Program-made: the position numbers and the translations under genes
In this document: one piece after another, positions 39,212 through 54,980 of the stretch
Layout: each line of letters starts with the position of its first letter
How positions within the stretch are numbered: position 1 is the first letter of the stretch
Notes under the pieces: model-generated
The model's input: the letters and a program-made list of their open reading frames with translations, nothing else
Told to the model about the DNA's origin: nothing
The model's database searches: none
NCBI GenBank assembly: GCA_951406725.2
Contig: OX597838.1
Span: forward strand, 1,922,001-1,986,000
Length of the DNA: 64,000 bases
Reading direction: 5' to 3'
Origin: Octopus vulgaris
Lineage: Eukaryota

Positions 39212-40351
39212 TATATATATCTATATACATACCTATATATGTGTATATATTTATGTGTGTGTATATAGTACGTGTGTGTGTGCCAGTGTATGTGTTGTTG
39301 TATGTGTGAGTAAGCTGGTATGCTTGTGTGTAGGTGCGGCACACACATCTCCACAACTGTGTCTTCCTGTATATCGTGGGTTACAGATTCGTGATCACGA
39401 CTACAAGCGTGGCCATATTCAATAAATACACAGATTCCGTATTGTTCAACAGGCACGTGTAGATACACACACACACACACACTCACTCATTCACACACAC
39501 ACACACACACACACATACACACACACAACAATATAAGCATATACATATGCGGGTGTCCGTGTTTAATATATAAATACATATATGCACATATTACATAAAT
39601 TATACATACATATGCGTGTGGGCATATATGTATGCGTATATAAACACACAATAGTACACACACATATAATATATATATGTATACATATATATATATATGC
39701 GTATATATGTACACTATAGTACTTATATATATATACACATATGCTTATTTGCACACATAATTCTACATATTTACACACACACAAACACACACACATATAT
39801 GTATATAAAAGAGCGCATGTGTAAGCACACACACACACACACACATATATATATGCATGCATGCGTGTGTTTATGCATGTATATACGCATGTGTATGTAG
39901 GTATACATGCGTGCGTGTATGCGTTCATATATATATATGCATGTATGTATGCATGTATGAATGTGTATATGTGCGTGTATGGATGTATATATGCATGTGT
40001 ATATATATGTATGTATAGAAGTGTGCCTGTATGTACGTATATGTAAGACTTTGGTAAGAGAGTTCAAACAAGTTGACAGTTCAGTGACCCGATGTCAGAA
40101 CGTGGGTTATTTCTGCAGCTCGCTGTCTTAGATTTCCTCAATTGAAGAGTGCAAGACTCGTCCGCGTCCATTCTTCACTCGCTCACTTCACCGTTTCCTT
40201 TCTCTTTGCTATTGGACATTCTTTAATAAGACAGAACTTTCTCTTATTGGATACTGGGCTGTGAAAAAGGCAGTAAATATCCTCAGAGTTCTTGAGCAGG
40301 TACAAATTAACTTGCACTGGGATTTATGCCACACATTTATACATACATGCA

Positions 40352-40479
<128 letters not shown>

Positions 40480-40528
40480 TATATATATATGTATATATAT
40501 ATACATATAATATATATACATACATATA

Positions 40529-40599
<71 letters not shown>

Positions 40600-40990
40600 T
40601 ATACATACATATATTTTGCTAGTTTATTTTGTCTCTTTGTCTTCACTCCCGGTGTTGTATGAATATTTAATGTGGTTTTGGAGTCAAGTTTTGGCTGCTA
40701 TTTCCAGTGTGGTGGTATCTCTTCGATACTCTAAATTATAATTTTAATTTAAATCATTACTTTTGAAGGTTTTTATTGCCGTGTTGGCCACCTGATAAAA
40801 TCGCTATTTAAATACCGATCTGACCCTTATTTATATAAATTTACATATTTATTTCGTCATTATATTCGCTGCGATGGTATTTTGACCATATCGCACGAGG
40901 AGTTTTTAGGCGGTCAATTTAAACTGGACGTGTGCATACGTGCATATATATGTCTGTATACGTTCGTATATGTAAGTATATCGTATGTTG

Positions 40991-41035
<45 letters not shown>

Positions 41036-41235
41036 TCTTTTAGTCTTTTGCTTGTTTCAGTCATTTGACTGCGGTCATGCTTGAGCATTGCCTTTAGTTG
41101 AACAAATCGAATCCAGGGCTTCTACCTTGTAAGCCTAGTACTTATTCTAACGGCTTTTTCCCGAACCGCTAAGTTACTGGAAAATAAACACACCAACGTC
41201 AGTTGTCAAACGATGGGGGGAGGACAAACACACAC

Positions 41236-41329
<94 letters not shown>

Positions 41330-41449
41330 GGCAGACTTCTACTATAGCCCCAGGCTATAGTAGAAGACACTTGCCGAAGGTGCCACGCAGTGGGACTGAA
41401 CTCGAAACCATGTGGTTGTGAATCAAGCTTCTTACCACACATCCACTCC
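41036..41449 (-). mobile_element. SINE family A
   Basis: TTGTTTCAGTCATTTGACTGCGG ... GAAACCATGTGGTTG, with internal (TA)n. Confidence 0.85.
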
Positions 41450-41605
41450 ATACATATATGCCTATATATATATACATACGTGTTTGTGTGTGAGAGTGAG
41501 TGAGTACGAAGCCCTCTTTAATTTCTTGCACTTTACAAGGAATACTCTTTCTACTCATTACATTCCAGGTTTGAACTTGGAACTTTGATATCAAATCAAG
41601 TCCAA

Positions 41606-41793
41606 GGCGGTGGCGCACTGACAGAAGCGTTGGACCGCCACATAAAATGCTTAACATTTCATACATCTTTACGTTCTTAGTTCAAATCCCACTAGCGTCG
41701 ATTTTGTCTTTCATCCTTTCGCGGTCGATAGAGTACTCACTAGTTGACTACTGGGGGCGATGTAATCGACTTATCCCCTTTCCCCAAATTTCA
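41606..41793 (+). mobile_element. SINE family B, diverged
   Basis: GTTCAAATCCCAC...TTTCATCCTTTCGCGGTCGAT...TAATCGACTTATCCC. Confidence 0.75.
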
Positions 41794-43362
41794 AGCAGGC
41801 ATTTTTGTTGCATTAAGGGCGCTCTTTGGCGTGGGCTGAACTTATGTAATGGGCAGAAAATGTCCTAGCTGTTTAGTAACGGTGTATTTTCCGCTGTGGA
41901 CTGATGACGAATGGATTGAAAAATCGAAAACTGGTCGACCAAACGCTACCCAGCAGGAAGTAGCCTCCAGGATATCCGTACACCGACGAGTTTGTGGTTC
42001 CGTTGGATATACAGTGATTATATGATGTCGTGTTAAATATGCAAATTAATTATGATCCCAGCAATGAGATCTTCAACAACAACTGGTTGATGATGTGCAA
42101 GATGGAACCCAAAACAAGTCATGAAGTGACTTTCAGCAAAATTGTTTTGAAATCTGCTGCCAACCACTTCTGGATCTCCATGGTAACGTAGAGGACAAGT
42201 GTTCTGGAATGTTCTTCATTACTTTTAGATCTGAGATACAGCGGTACAAGCAGAAGATGAAAGGGTTCTCGAGATTTTGTTTCACTCAGAACACTTGACT
42301 TATGGCTAATATACACATACAAAGACACACGGACACGCCACGCACACACAGACACGGAGACACAATATAAATACACATATACAAGTGTGTGTGTGTGTGT
42401 GTATGTGTGCGTCTGTGTGTGTGTGTGAGAGAGAGAGTGTGTGAAACAGATATACAAATGAGAGAGAGACATATCGAGATAAAAAGAGTCAGACCATTGT
42501 GTCTATGTCTGAAAGAAAGTACTAAAGATACAAAGATCGATAGATAGAGGAGAGAGAGAGAGAGAGACAGAGAGAGAGGGAGAGACAGAGACAGAGACAA
42601 AGAAAGAAAGAGAGAGAGAGAGAGCGAGGGAAAGTTGTTTACTTGTTTATATGTGGAACTTGGAATGGTTGACATAAGAAACACTGAAGAAGATAAGATT
42701 ACCAGAATAATGGAGGCGGGCCATAATGAGATGAAAAAGGTACGAGAAGAATGGGATTAAAAAGCGAACGGTGGCGAAACAAAACGAAATAAAGAAGATA
42801 CGAATAATGTTATCACGGAATAATGGAATCATGGCATAAAGATGGCATTAGAATAATAGAATACGATACATAAGAATTATGCAATAAAAGGCATCGAAGA
42901 TACGAAATGGAATAAAAGTCTGGAGATTAACAATAATGGTGTAATAAGAGCAATGGAATTAAAGACAATTCTAATACAGATGGGGGTCTCAGAGATAACA
43001 AAGGACGTTCTATAGAAGATAACCTCCAGATTCTTTGGGTCTTTAGATTTATTTCTATCTCCTTCAAAGAATTTCTGCTTCTTTCTGGTGATCTTGGAAC
43101 AAATGCTTCTTCAAATGGTCTTTAGGTTGTTTTTGGTAAACAGGACTTCAATGGAAACACGATAACAAATTGGTGGCACGATTTCTACTCTCTCTCCCTG
43201 ATGCTCTGTGATTGGCTTTCCTTCTTTCCTTCTTTATTTCTTTCTTTCTTTCTTTCTTACTATCTATATATCTATCTACCTATACCCCTTCTCCCTCTCT
43301 CTCTCTATATATATATGCGCACACACAAACATACATACATATAAATATATATATATACACAC

Positions 43363-43407
<45 letters not shown>

Positions 43408-44060
43408 TATGTATACAGATATTGTTTCTATGTTCTTCACATGTATCTAAGAACTAACTATACAAATATATATATATATATTTATGTACATGTGTGAGTG
43501 TGTGCGCGCGCGCGTGTGCGTGCATATCTAACTTATATTCTACAGTTTCAATCTGCTTTTTCCCTTGTAGCTTATAGTTTCAAACACACACACTCACATA
43601 TATAAGCGTCACATACAAAATAACACACAAACACAGTCACACACTTTTATCGACACTCAGATGTAAATCTCTCGCTCTCTCTCTCTCTATCTCTCTGTTC
43701 CCGCTCTCTCTCTCCTTCTCGCTCTGTGACGTAATCCTCTCTGGCTTCATTTCTGTCCGTCTGCCTGTCTGCTTCTCTTTCTATATGATTCTCTTCATTA
43801 CGGTTTCAATCTCCCCTACTTTGTCTTTCTGATTTTTTTGTCTGTCTGTTTCTATATATGTACACACACACACACACACACACACACATTTACTTATTCT
43901 TCCCAGAATTCCATACAATATCGTGTAGCCTCGCGTATTCTCAACCACGAGGTTCACGAGTACTATCATTTCCATGTGACAGGTTTGCAAATTTGCTGGG
44001 AGATTTCTGTTGATATGAAACGATTGGTAGCCTCGTTAATTTAAGAATAGGAATATTTCT

Positions 44061-44277
44061 CGGTGAGCTGGCAGAATCGTTAGCATGCTGGGCGAAAAGC
44101 TTAGCGGTGTTTTGTCTAACGATGTGTTCTGCGTTCAAATACTGCCGAGGTCGAATTCGCCTTTCCCCCTTTCGGTGTCGGAAAAATTGAGTACCAAGTG
44201 AAACACTGGTATCGAACTAATCGACTGGCCCCTTCCTACCAAATTTCAGGCCATGTGTTTATAGTAGAAAGGATATT
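44061..44277 (+). mobile_element. SINE family B
   Basis: GAGCTGGCAGAATCGTTAGC...GCCGAGGTCG...TAATCGACTGGCCCC...AGTAGAAAGGATATT. Confidence 0.85.
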
Positions 44278-45205
44278 AACAGAACAAATTTATTTCTCTC
44301 AAGATTGGAACGAAACTTATGTGGGTCGCATCAGAGATCTCGTCACCAATTTGACGAATCCCGGAGAAACAAGCAGCCACACTTTTTATATTCTCAATAA
44401 ATCCAGCAGCTGTATTGACCTGGAGCAGCAGATCCACCTACAGCAAGTGTCCAATATTTACACTAACATAATTTATTGCTAATCTGTATTTGACAGCGAC
44501 AAGAGTATTGTCGATAAATTTCACTCAGAATATGTATTGAGTCCTACCATTAGTAAATGTCACCTTGTTTTCCCTGCAACATAATAAAGAATGCCAAGTA
44601 ATAGATTTTCACAAAAGCTCAGACGCACACACGCAATAACTTTGTGTGAATTTGTACGAGTAGGCATATAACTAAAACAGCTTTTAATAAACTTACTACA
44701 GAACCTATAAGTGAACAGACAGACACACACACACACAAGTAAAGTGTTTGTTGTGTACAAAAAGGTGTGGGATATTGATAAAACAAACAATGTTTGCATT
44801 TGCCTCGTGGGTAACATGAACAACAGAAACCTCCGTTTTAATGGCTATATAAACATAAATACCAATACATATCATTATAGATATATATACATACATATAT
44901 CTATATATCTAAATATATAAACATGCATATATGTATAAACATACGTTCTTATGTATGTATATATATATACATACATATATAAATGCATATATATATATAT
45001 ATATATACATATGTATATATATATATGTATATATATATGTATATATATATGTATGTATATATAAGTGTGCGTGTATGTATGTATATAAATACATATTATG
45101 CAAATTATATCTGGAAGGCATAATATGGCAACTCACAAAATAATTATAACAATGACAACCATCATAATATTAATATTAATGCAAGAAAAGCAGCAGCGAC
45201 GACAA

Positions 45206-45276
<71 letters not shown>

Positions 45277-45340
45277 CAATAATAATAATAATAATAATAA
45301 CAACAATAATAATAATAACAACAAAAACAATAATAATAAC

Positions 45341-45387
<47 letters not shown>

Positions 45388-45412
45388 TAATAACAATAAT
45401 AATAATAATAAC

Positions 45413-45456
<44 letters not shown>

Positions 45457-45578
45457 GCATATAAATGTAGAATATCACCAATAAACAATAATACTACTAC
45501 AACAGCAAGAACAAGAACAACAGCGACCACTACTGCTGCTGCTACTAATACCACTATATATAATAATACTAATATTTT

Positions 45579-45627
<49 letters not shown>

Positions 45628-45640
45628 GTTGCTGCTGCTG

Positions 45641-45687
<47 letters not shown>

Positions 45688-45700
45688 GTTGCTGCTGCTG

Positions 45701-45739
<39 letters not shown>

Positions 45740-45835
45740 ATAATAATAATAATAATAATTCGCCCTAGGAGTCGGGAAGACACTCGGCAAGAAATGGAAG
45801 CAAATTTGAAAGAAGAAAAAAAAAAAATAATAATG

Positions 45836-45891
<56 letters not shown>
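45206..45891. repeat. Compound (AAT)n/(ACT)n/(AAT)n arrays
   Basis: Direct inspection. Confidence 0.95.
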
Positions 45892-45892
<1 letters not shown>

Positions 45893-46198
45893 TTGGTGGT
45901 GTAACGGCATTAAGGTGACGGCAAGGGTAGAAAACCAAAGTAGGAGGAGTTCAATTCCGTTATTGCGGTTTGTGATTGACGAGAAATGGACTTTATGGCA
46001 GAATCTTCTGAGACTATAAATCATTGAGGCAGAGTCTGAAGGTAAGAAGGCAGGTATTTTGGTGTCTTTTTGGGTTCCTTTTTTTTTATTTTTGCAGGAG
46101 AAAATGTGGTTTCGTAGTATATTGGATGGAGGGTGTGAACACTTATGCAAAGTCTAATGTACTGGGAGAGAGATAGAGGTAAATGTATGTATGTATGT

Positions 46199-46250
<52 letters not shown>

Positions 46251-46389
46251 GATGTGCATGTTTTTGTATGTGTATATGTATGTGTATATATATATATATA
46301 TATATGTGTGTGTCTGTGTGTAGATATGTATGTACACGCATGTCTGTATCTATGTATGTGTGTATATATATATATACATCGGTTATATA

Positions 46390-46431
<42 letters not shown>

Positions 46432-46884
46432 ATATACACATATATACATACACAAACACGCACACACACACGTATATATAGAGCGAACGAGAGAAATATG
46501 CACATATATTTATGTATATACATATATTTATACACACATACACATATGTATAGTTATATATCTGTGTGTGTGCATATGTATGCATTTGTCAGATAACTCT
46601 TTGTGTTCAGATATATATACTCCCATGGTTGTGCACAGACGTAACTATTTATATATAAATATGTATTTATTTGTACATGTGTGTGCTGCTATGTTGTGGA
46701 AGTAAGATTATTAGGCCAGTTAATATTTCTTATCTGCAAGACACGATGTGCAACTTGTATGACAACACACGTGACGTGCTTTTAACACCACACACTCACA
46801 CTCATTCCACAAGCACGTGTATGCGAACGGCTGCAGGATCAAGCAATGTCAACGGTTAAAATGTACGTTATCATTTATATAGAC

Positions 46885-46949
<65 letters not shown>

Positions 46950-47118
46950 CAGGTTGTTATTTATTCGTAGAATTATGGAATAGTGGTGGATAGGAATGGA
47001 ATAGGTAAAGAACAATATTCTTGATCCATGTATAATGAGGGGAGTGATGTATTCTTTGATGTACACATGCACATATATACCTCGCACACAAATCCAGGTA
47101 TGTATGTCATATATATCC

Positions 47119-47157
<39 letters not shown>

Positions 47158-47250
47158 TAAATATATTCACAAGCACACATATGTGTACGTTCATATATAC
47201 ATATACATATATACGTTTGACACACACCCACACATACATAAAAACACACA

Positions 47251-47295
<45 letters not shown>

Positions 47296-47872
47296 TATAT
47301 ATATATATGGTGTGTGTGTGTATGTTTGTACAAATCTACATATATATATATGGTTATATTCAATATTAATATGTACAAATACCTATCTGCTTTTATATAT
47401 ATGTGTGTGTATGCGTGTATGTGTATCAATGCACCCGTATATAGGTATAGGTATATGTAAATATACACGCGTATTTATATGCCTATACATATGTGTGTGT
47501 GCATGTGTGTGTGTGCATGTGTGTGTGTGTGTGTGTGTGCATGCGTGTGTGTGTGTGCATGTGTGCATGTGTGTGTGTGTGCATGTGTGTGTGTGTGTGT
47601 GTGTGTGGAGGTCCGTCGCTGGTGTCCTGTCAAACGCACAGCTTGACAAGTCGCCACCGGCGAAGCTTCAAAACGATATTCAATGTGTTTATTAATAAAA
47701 TAACATTTGATTGCGTCATTTCTACAGCAAATATTTTCATGTTATTATACATACAGAACACACATACCAAAACCCGCATGCGCACACACACACACACGTA
47801 CACGCACACATGTATTATACACCTTACAATCCTTCTGTTTTGCATATTAGATCTCTCACTGTCTCTCCTTCC

Positions 47873-47994
<122 letters not shown>

Positions 47995-48048
47995 CGTTTA
48001 TATATTTGTTGTGCAAGATTTTTTACGTGAAGTCGTGTGTTGAAACAG

Positions 48049-48283
48049 ATATTGTTATATTTCGGAATGGTCATTTTGCCAGTTTAGCCAATAAATACAA
48101 AATGGCTGAAGGATAGTAAGGAGAGATACAAATAAGAAAGAAGAAAACAAAGGACCACTGATGCCGAAATAAGATTAAGATTAATGTAAAAAATAAATAA
48201 ATAACACTGAAGCAAAGTAACACCAAATATATAGTGCGTGTGTTTTTATTGGCTAAACTGGCAAAATGACCATTCCGAAATAT

Positions 48284-48291
<8 letters not shown>
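48049..48291. repeat. Perfect 47-bp inverted repeat (48049-48095 / 48245-48291) with 149-bp spacer
   Basis: ATATTGTTATATTTCGGAATGGTCATTTTGCCAGTTTAGCCAATAAA and its exact reverse complement. Confidence 0.9.
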
Positions 48292-48326
<35 letters not shown>

Positions 48327-48689
48327 CATACGTACATATGCATATAGTTATAAATATATATATATGTATATGTATGTGTATATTCAATGTTGTGTCTAGA
48401 TTCTGCTGTTTAGACTGAGCTCCCGTTGACAGCTTACTCTGTTAGCAATCCTAGCGTATTTGGTGAAGGCTCCTAATATGGAGGGATGAAGTTGTAATGT
48501 CGCCTTGATGTAGCGATTATCATAGTTATACTGTTTGCCGTAGATATGAGGTGCGGTTGTGGAGGTGATGATATCTTTTATTTAGTCTTCTTTATTAGAT
48601 GTGTGTGTCTGTGTGTGTGTATGTGCTCATGTGTGTTTATGTGTGCGTAACTCTAGTAGTTATTGCTCAACGCTAGAATTCTTATATAT

Positions 48690-48981
48690 CCTCTACTACT
48701 ACTACTGCTACTACTACTACTAGTACTGCTACTAATACTACTACTACAACTACTACAACTACTACTGCTGCTGCTGCCGCCACTACTACTGCTACTACTA
48801 CTACAATTCGACCGCTACTACTTAACCTCCTTCTTCTTCCCTCCTCCCCTTCTCTTCTGCTCCTCCTTCTCTCCTCCCCTCCTTCTTCTCCACCACCTCT
48901 TCCACCTCCTCCTCTTCCTCCTCCACCACCTACTACTACCGCTACAACTGATTCTACTCTTGCTGCTGCTGCCACCTCCAT

Positions 48982-49043
<62 letters not shown>

Positions 49044-49290
49044 TTACTACTACTGCTGCTGTTGCTGCTGCTGCTATAGTTGCAACGCACCACCGTTCAA
49101 CCACCGGTACCATACACCATCAATTTCGCTACTAACTATATCAAGCATCGTTTTCACCCCGGCCGCCACCTCCACCACCCTCGCTACCGATGTCATCTTT
49201 TGCTCATCACCACTCCAAGCGGTACCGTCATCACCACCACCACCACCACCAACAACAACAACACCAGCAACTGCAATAACAACAACACCG
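48690..49290. repeat. Compound (ACT/CCT/ACC)n low-complexity region
   Basis: Direct inspection. Confidence 0.9.
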
Positions 49291-49721
49291 TCAATACGAT
49301 TATCGCAACCGTTGTCACTACAAACGCCTCACCCCGTCGCCACCCTTTTGCTGCCACTAAATCAAACGCAGCATTCGCAACTAAATTCCCTCCCCCCCCG
49401 ACCTCACCACGCCAGCATCTCCCGCCTCTTGCGTCAGCCGGTGTTGTAGTTTGGTCTCTCAGCAGGTTTTAAATTTAAAATAAGACATTTGACAAATAAT
49501 TGATGACAAGTCTATCGAGGATTTTAGCAGTTTAGTTCGACTGTAAAACGAAAGAGTGCCAATTACACATTGTGGCGGCCATTTTAGGCAGCGATTAAAC
49601 ATACAAAAAATGTTGAAATTTATTGTGTGTTGAGGTATAAAAATATTCGTCGAACAACTGCGGCCTGGTCATTCACAGAAACTAGCAGCGATTGTTACTT
49701 TAGGTAGCTTACAAGAATCAT

Positions 49722-50327
49722 TTCCCGGCTTGACTTCGCAAACGAAGATTAAAAAGGGGCTTGCCCACGTTGTCTGCAGGCGCGTTCGCTACAGTTAAAG
49801 GCCTGGTCAGGAATTGATGACGAAATGTTGTGTTTTTACCTCCTGTGCTTTTTGTTCATGAGAATGGCTCTGAGCATGTTTTCGAAAGAGGAGACAGTTG
49901 GTGCTGGTGAAAAGCCAGGCGTCACAGTTCCTGGTGATGGCAACAACGGACACTTTTTCTAAACAACGTTTGTATTGCTTCTTTGATGCTCTTCTGTACT
50001 AATAATGGATTATCAGGTAACTTACAAGAAGTATAATTACTGAATTAATCGCAAAACTAATTAAACCACGCACGATCGCTATTTCCACCTGCTTGAACAG
50101 TAATTGTATGAACAGCACGTAATCTAGAATACCAAAATAAAGGTGCTGAAATTCCGTTTGTCGATGATGCCTCAGTCGAATTGTCAACGAGAAGTTTGCT
50201 CTGTCTTAGGTTCTTCAATTCTTGTTGGAATCGTGCTGGCCCTGTTGTGAAATATGGCATATCTTGAACAGTTAGAAACCTGGCAGAATCTAATCTTCTC
50301 CAGGTCTGACTGTAGCAGATTTATTCC

Positions 50328-50330
<3 letters not shown>
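49722..50330 (-). mobile_element. Degenerate RTE LINE 3' portion
   Basis: Minus-strand fragments RASKKQYKRCLEK (like GAPKKRYKDCLK) and ERACRQRGQ, followed by a 3' end ATCTTCGTTTGCGAAGTCAAGCC. Confidence 0.5.
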
Positions 50331-50376
<46 letters not shown>

Positions 50377-50569
50377 GAGGAAGGGGGAGAGAGAAAGAAC
50401 ATAATGATAAAGGGAAGAACCAGCCTCAAAATGCTTCTGGTACTTTATCTATCGACTCCGAAAAGACAAAGGTAAAGTTTAGCTATGTGGAATTTGATCC
50501 TACAGTGCAAAAAACCGGATTGATTATTTCTAATCAGTCTTCGTACCTCTCTGCCATTTTGGTCAACCA

Positions 50570-51450
50570 GAAGTTATTGAGAATATAAAGAAAAGAAAAA
50601 ATCCGATGTCATGGACGACACATTGTACAATAGAGCGGTTGATGAATGCACAATTACTGGTATTTGTTGACATCATTTACATAAATTCAACAATGCGTGG
50701 AATTGCCTTCTGGCGAATATCTGCTTTATTCTAATCAATGAATGTTTAATGTTGAAAGACTTATCTTGGAAATATTTCGTTATCTGTAGAGAGGGTACCT
50801 TACCTATGATTGGCCAAATAAACAGTTTTCGGGTTCTTAAAGTATAACAATCAAATACAAACTTATTATAGTTGTTTATATTTTATATTTTGTTGTTAGA
50901 TAGAAATCGAAATTTTTTTAGAAAGGGCTAATATTTTAAAAAATTCAAATTGCATTTGGCTTATCCGCGTGTGTTATCAAAAATATACGATGAGATGTTC
51001 TCTAAATATAAAACGCTGGTTTTCCACATCGAAGTTCGTTTGTTGCTGAGGAGTCACGTGTTATGAGGTATCATGAAAATCTTTATGAGGTATATGAAAA
51101 TCTTTGTGAATTCTTCTTCGCTCTGCAACAAGTTGTGTGTATCTAACTTCTCTGCTGTGACTAACGAAAGCACAAACATTGAAATTAGCTGACGAGAAGT
51201 AAAAGAAAGTTATCATGTTAAACATTCGATCCAATTTAAGAAGATCTGTGCTTTGCCACCAAGATCAAATATCTCATTAATATCAATTAAAATGCTGTAA
51301 GACGATCTAACCTGCTTGCATCGATATTTATACATACAAACAGTAAAGTTATAAATAATTTGTAAGAGTCGTGTATTCATTATTAGAAAGTCAGCGGCAA
51401 ATAATGAAACGAAAAACTTATGGTAATATATTATCCTCTGATTTATCATA
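50570..51450 (+). mobile_element. Possible hAT transposase fossil
   Basis: FSAVTNESTNI (~51148-51180) resembles the hAT motif FS...DESTDI; only this motif was recognised. Confidence 0.25.
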
Positions 51451-52149
51451 CGGTGTATAACCTCTATGATTCCATCATTGGGGACTCGGTGGACAGAAAA
51501 CGGACTTGAGAGCGACAGCTACGATGGTAGAGCGATGACATGAAAGAGTGGATAAGAAGGACATAGGTAGAATGTGACAAGAAATGGTGGGGTGGAGTGG
51601 GGGTGTCTGAGACAACCCATTCTCAGTCACGTGAGGTTGGCAAAACTATATATTTAATTATTTAAAATCGGAGGAGTAAGGATGTCACGTAATGAAGGGA
51701 TAAGGTGAGAAAGTCTCGGAGAAGTTGCAAATTACTGTTCTGAGACTTTTAAAATTGGAAGGGCACATTCCATACACATAAAGTATGGGATGGTCAGATT
51801 TGGAACGCTTTCAGTTCTACACTTCAGAGCTTACTGTTAGTATTCTGCGCTGCATTTCGGATTTCAGTAGAACGAATAATAAGTGACACGGGCCCTGATG
51901 GCTGTCGTGTTGCTGGGAAAAAAACAGAAATATAGCGGTCCATTAAAAATACGTCGATTCTATTGTTGTGCACGTGACCATGCGTAGCAACGTGTAAACC
52001 CTGTCCATCCCACATGAATTAAGGTATAGACATATATCAGACAATATATAGACAGAACCATGCATGCTTATGTATGCATATACACACACATACATACACA
52101 CACACACACATATACATATATATACATATATTTATACATATATATATGC

Positions 52150-52212
<63 letters not shown>

Positions 52213-52540
52213 TATATATATATATATATTTATATACCCATACACACATATGCACACAAACACACACTCACATACACGTACACACACACACATATACACA
52301 CACACTCATATATATATATAGATAGATATGAATAACTATATAGTGGTAAATGAAGTTAGTTCCCATTTCATTCCAACCGAAATAGAAAGAAATTGTGCCA
52401 GTCTGAAGAAAGACGATGAAAATGTTTTGATGATTTACAGAAACGAAAACTGAAATAAACAAACAAAAAGCAAAAATATATAAAAAACCACCAATTCCAA
52501 AGTTTTTGTAAGTGTTTAAATACGGCCACCATTACTGACA

Positions 52541-52576
<36 letters not shown>

Positions 52577-52638
52577 GTACATACATATATGTATATCTAT
52601 CTATTTAGCTATCTGTATATATGTATGCATGTATATAC

Positions 52639-52685
<47 letters not shown>

Positions 52686-52952
52686 TAGATAGATAGATAG
52701 ATATACCTAAATATATATACACACGCACGCATACACACACATACACACACATATATATATATACATATGCATAAAAATGTCCAAATAGTACATATATTTA
52801 GATGAACACACCTATGTATACGTGTGTGTTTATATGATCGTGTTTATAAATGTAAATTCATATTTATATACAAATGCGTAAATTCGTCTATGTATATCTT
52901 GGTGTGTATACGCACGCACACGCACAGAGGCACGCACACATGCATACACACA

Positions 52953-52994
<42 letters not shown>

Positions 52995-53323
52995 ATTATA
53001 CTCACACCCATCTGCACATGTGCATACATGCGTAGAGTGAAACCATAAATCTTCTGGTACGTCTTCGTTGTCTCTTACATAAAATATATTTCTTCACTGT
53101 TAAATCCTTTTCAAAAAATATCATTTTGGACATTCACAATAAAAAGGCCATATTTTCTAGAAAAAAGCTTTTACGATGTCAAGAACGACAATCCCCGAAC
53201 CTTCCACGCTCATTGCACCCATACAACACGCCATCACTGCCCACCTCCACTAATGCAAACACACTAACGTAACCCATAATATCTATGCACAAATGCTAAG
53301 ACGCACACCTTTATGTATACGTA

Positions 53324-53394
<71 letters not shown>

Positions 53395-53485
53395 TTCTGT
53401 GTGTATGTATGTATGTATGTATGTATATATATATATGTATATGTGTATGTATGTATGTATGAATATATATATACGTATGTATATA

Positions 53486-53553
<68 letters not shown>

Positions 53554-53639
53554 CACACCTATACATAAATATGTATGTGTGTAAATCTATTACTATGCTT
53601 ACCATGAATTATAAATAAATGTTTCAACTCCGATGGTGA

Positions 53640-54980
53640 TGATACACGAACAGAGTAATATTTTTACAAGAAATAATCTTCGTCACCTACCACCAAGAAT
53701 ATGTCGACTCTTTTGGTCATGTAAGGTGTACCAGATAAAACGTCTTCTTCCGACACTTTGCAAATATTTCTGGCCTCTGCCTATTTTGTTAATATGAAGC
53801 CTTTCTTCCCCGTGTACAGATTGCATTATCTTATTTCGTTCGGTACCTCAGTCTATCTCCGATTTTTGATAACTGAAAATCGTATATGTAAATGCAGGGT
53901 TTTTTAAATTGCTTTGTGAATCCAGACAATGCTGTAGCATTCGTCTTATGCGAGTTTCTGAAGAACTTTTGATGCACATTATATCTTTTAACCCTGCCTG
54001 AAGTATACTAGTGTGACATGTCTTTGTTACTGCTTTATCCAAGATAAATCTTACTTTAGCCACGTAGGTGAAAATATTTTTTTAAGCAGTTGCTGATTTC
54101 TTTATTCCTTTAACTATAATCGACCAATCCACCGCTGTAGTGTTATATAATATGTCCCCCACTCCGAAATTTAATTATATGACTGTTCTTTCCTTTTATA
54201 CTGTTATAATTGATATCTGTCATATAGTTTCCATTTAATAACGAGTAATGCCTAACACTTCTTGATTTAGCATTTCTGCTACATTTCTGCTACACGGTGG
54301 TTTCAACCAGATGATATCGCATTTGTTACCTGTTCTGCTACTGCGTCTGTTTAGGGACAACTCAGTAGATTTTCTTCTGTAAACCTGCATTCTTCTAATC
54401 AGCATTGCATTAGCAGCCTTATCAAATATTTCTTTATTGGATGATATGATCGATATTTTAAACTAACTACTATTGAACGTGTGTTCAATAATTATGCTGG
54501 AATTATAAACTCTGTCTACGCACTTCAACTGTTTGATCGGCTTTTGATAATGGCCAACGTAATGTTTAAGACTGTAACTATTAATATGCTGGCGATTACT
54601 AAGCCTGATATCTTATCCGAAGTCTGGCTTTTCTGACTAAATGAAGTGAGAGATACTCCTTGTTGCAATGTTTCATACGATTCTAAGTTTAGTTTCGTTG
54701 TGCTCTGCAGGAAGCTTGCTGTTGTAATGTCTGCTGCTACAATCACTTTTAGTACGAAATTGTTAAAGGTAGTAATTAGTTTTTCTGTAGGTGTCAGCTG
54801 TATACTCTTTGAGCTGTTCGAAGTGTTGACAGAACCATTCCTGTGCAGACCCACGTTAATTCCATTAAGAAACATCTGTTGTTCGTTCAACTGCAAAAAG
54901 CCAGCCATCTTGTATAATCCGGAATTATCAAAGCTGTCATGCCGACATCAAATTCTCATGTTCCTGCTCTTTTGATCATG
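53640..54980 (-). mobile_element. Strongly decayed non-LTR retrotransposon, possibly RLE-type (R4/Dong-like)
   Basis: Unique 1.3-kb block with broken ORFs. GLKDIMCIKSSSETRIRRMLQH resembles the post-RT GL...ESRI..L.QH motif; traces of a zinc-knuckle region (ICKVSEED) near 53750. Confidence 0.35.

Noticed and set aside
41895-41940. CTGATGA...GAAAACTGGTC hammerhead-like motif
   Set aside because: Stem I cannot be formed and stem II is not adjacent to the core; at best a decayed motif.
42690-43020. Recurring AATAATGG/AATAAAG words
   Set aside because: Low-complexity purine-rich sequence with no stable period.
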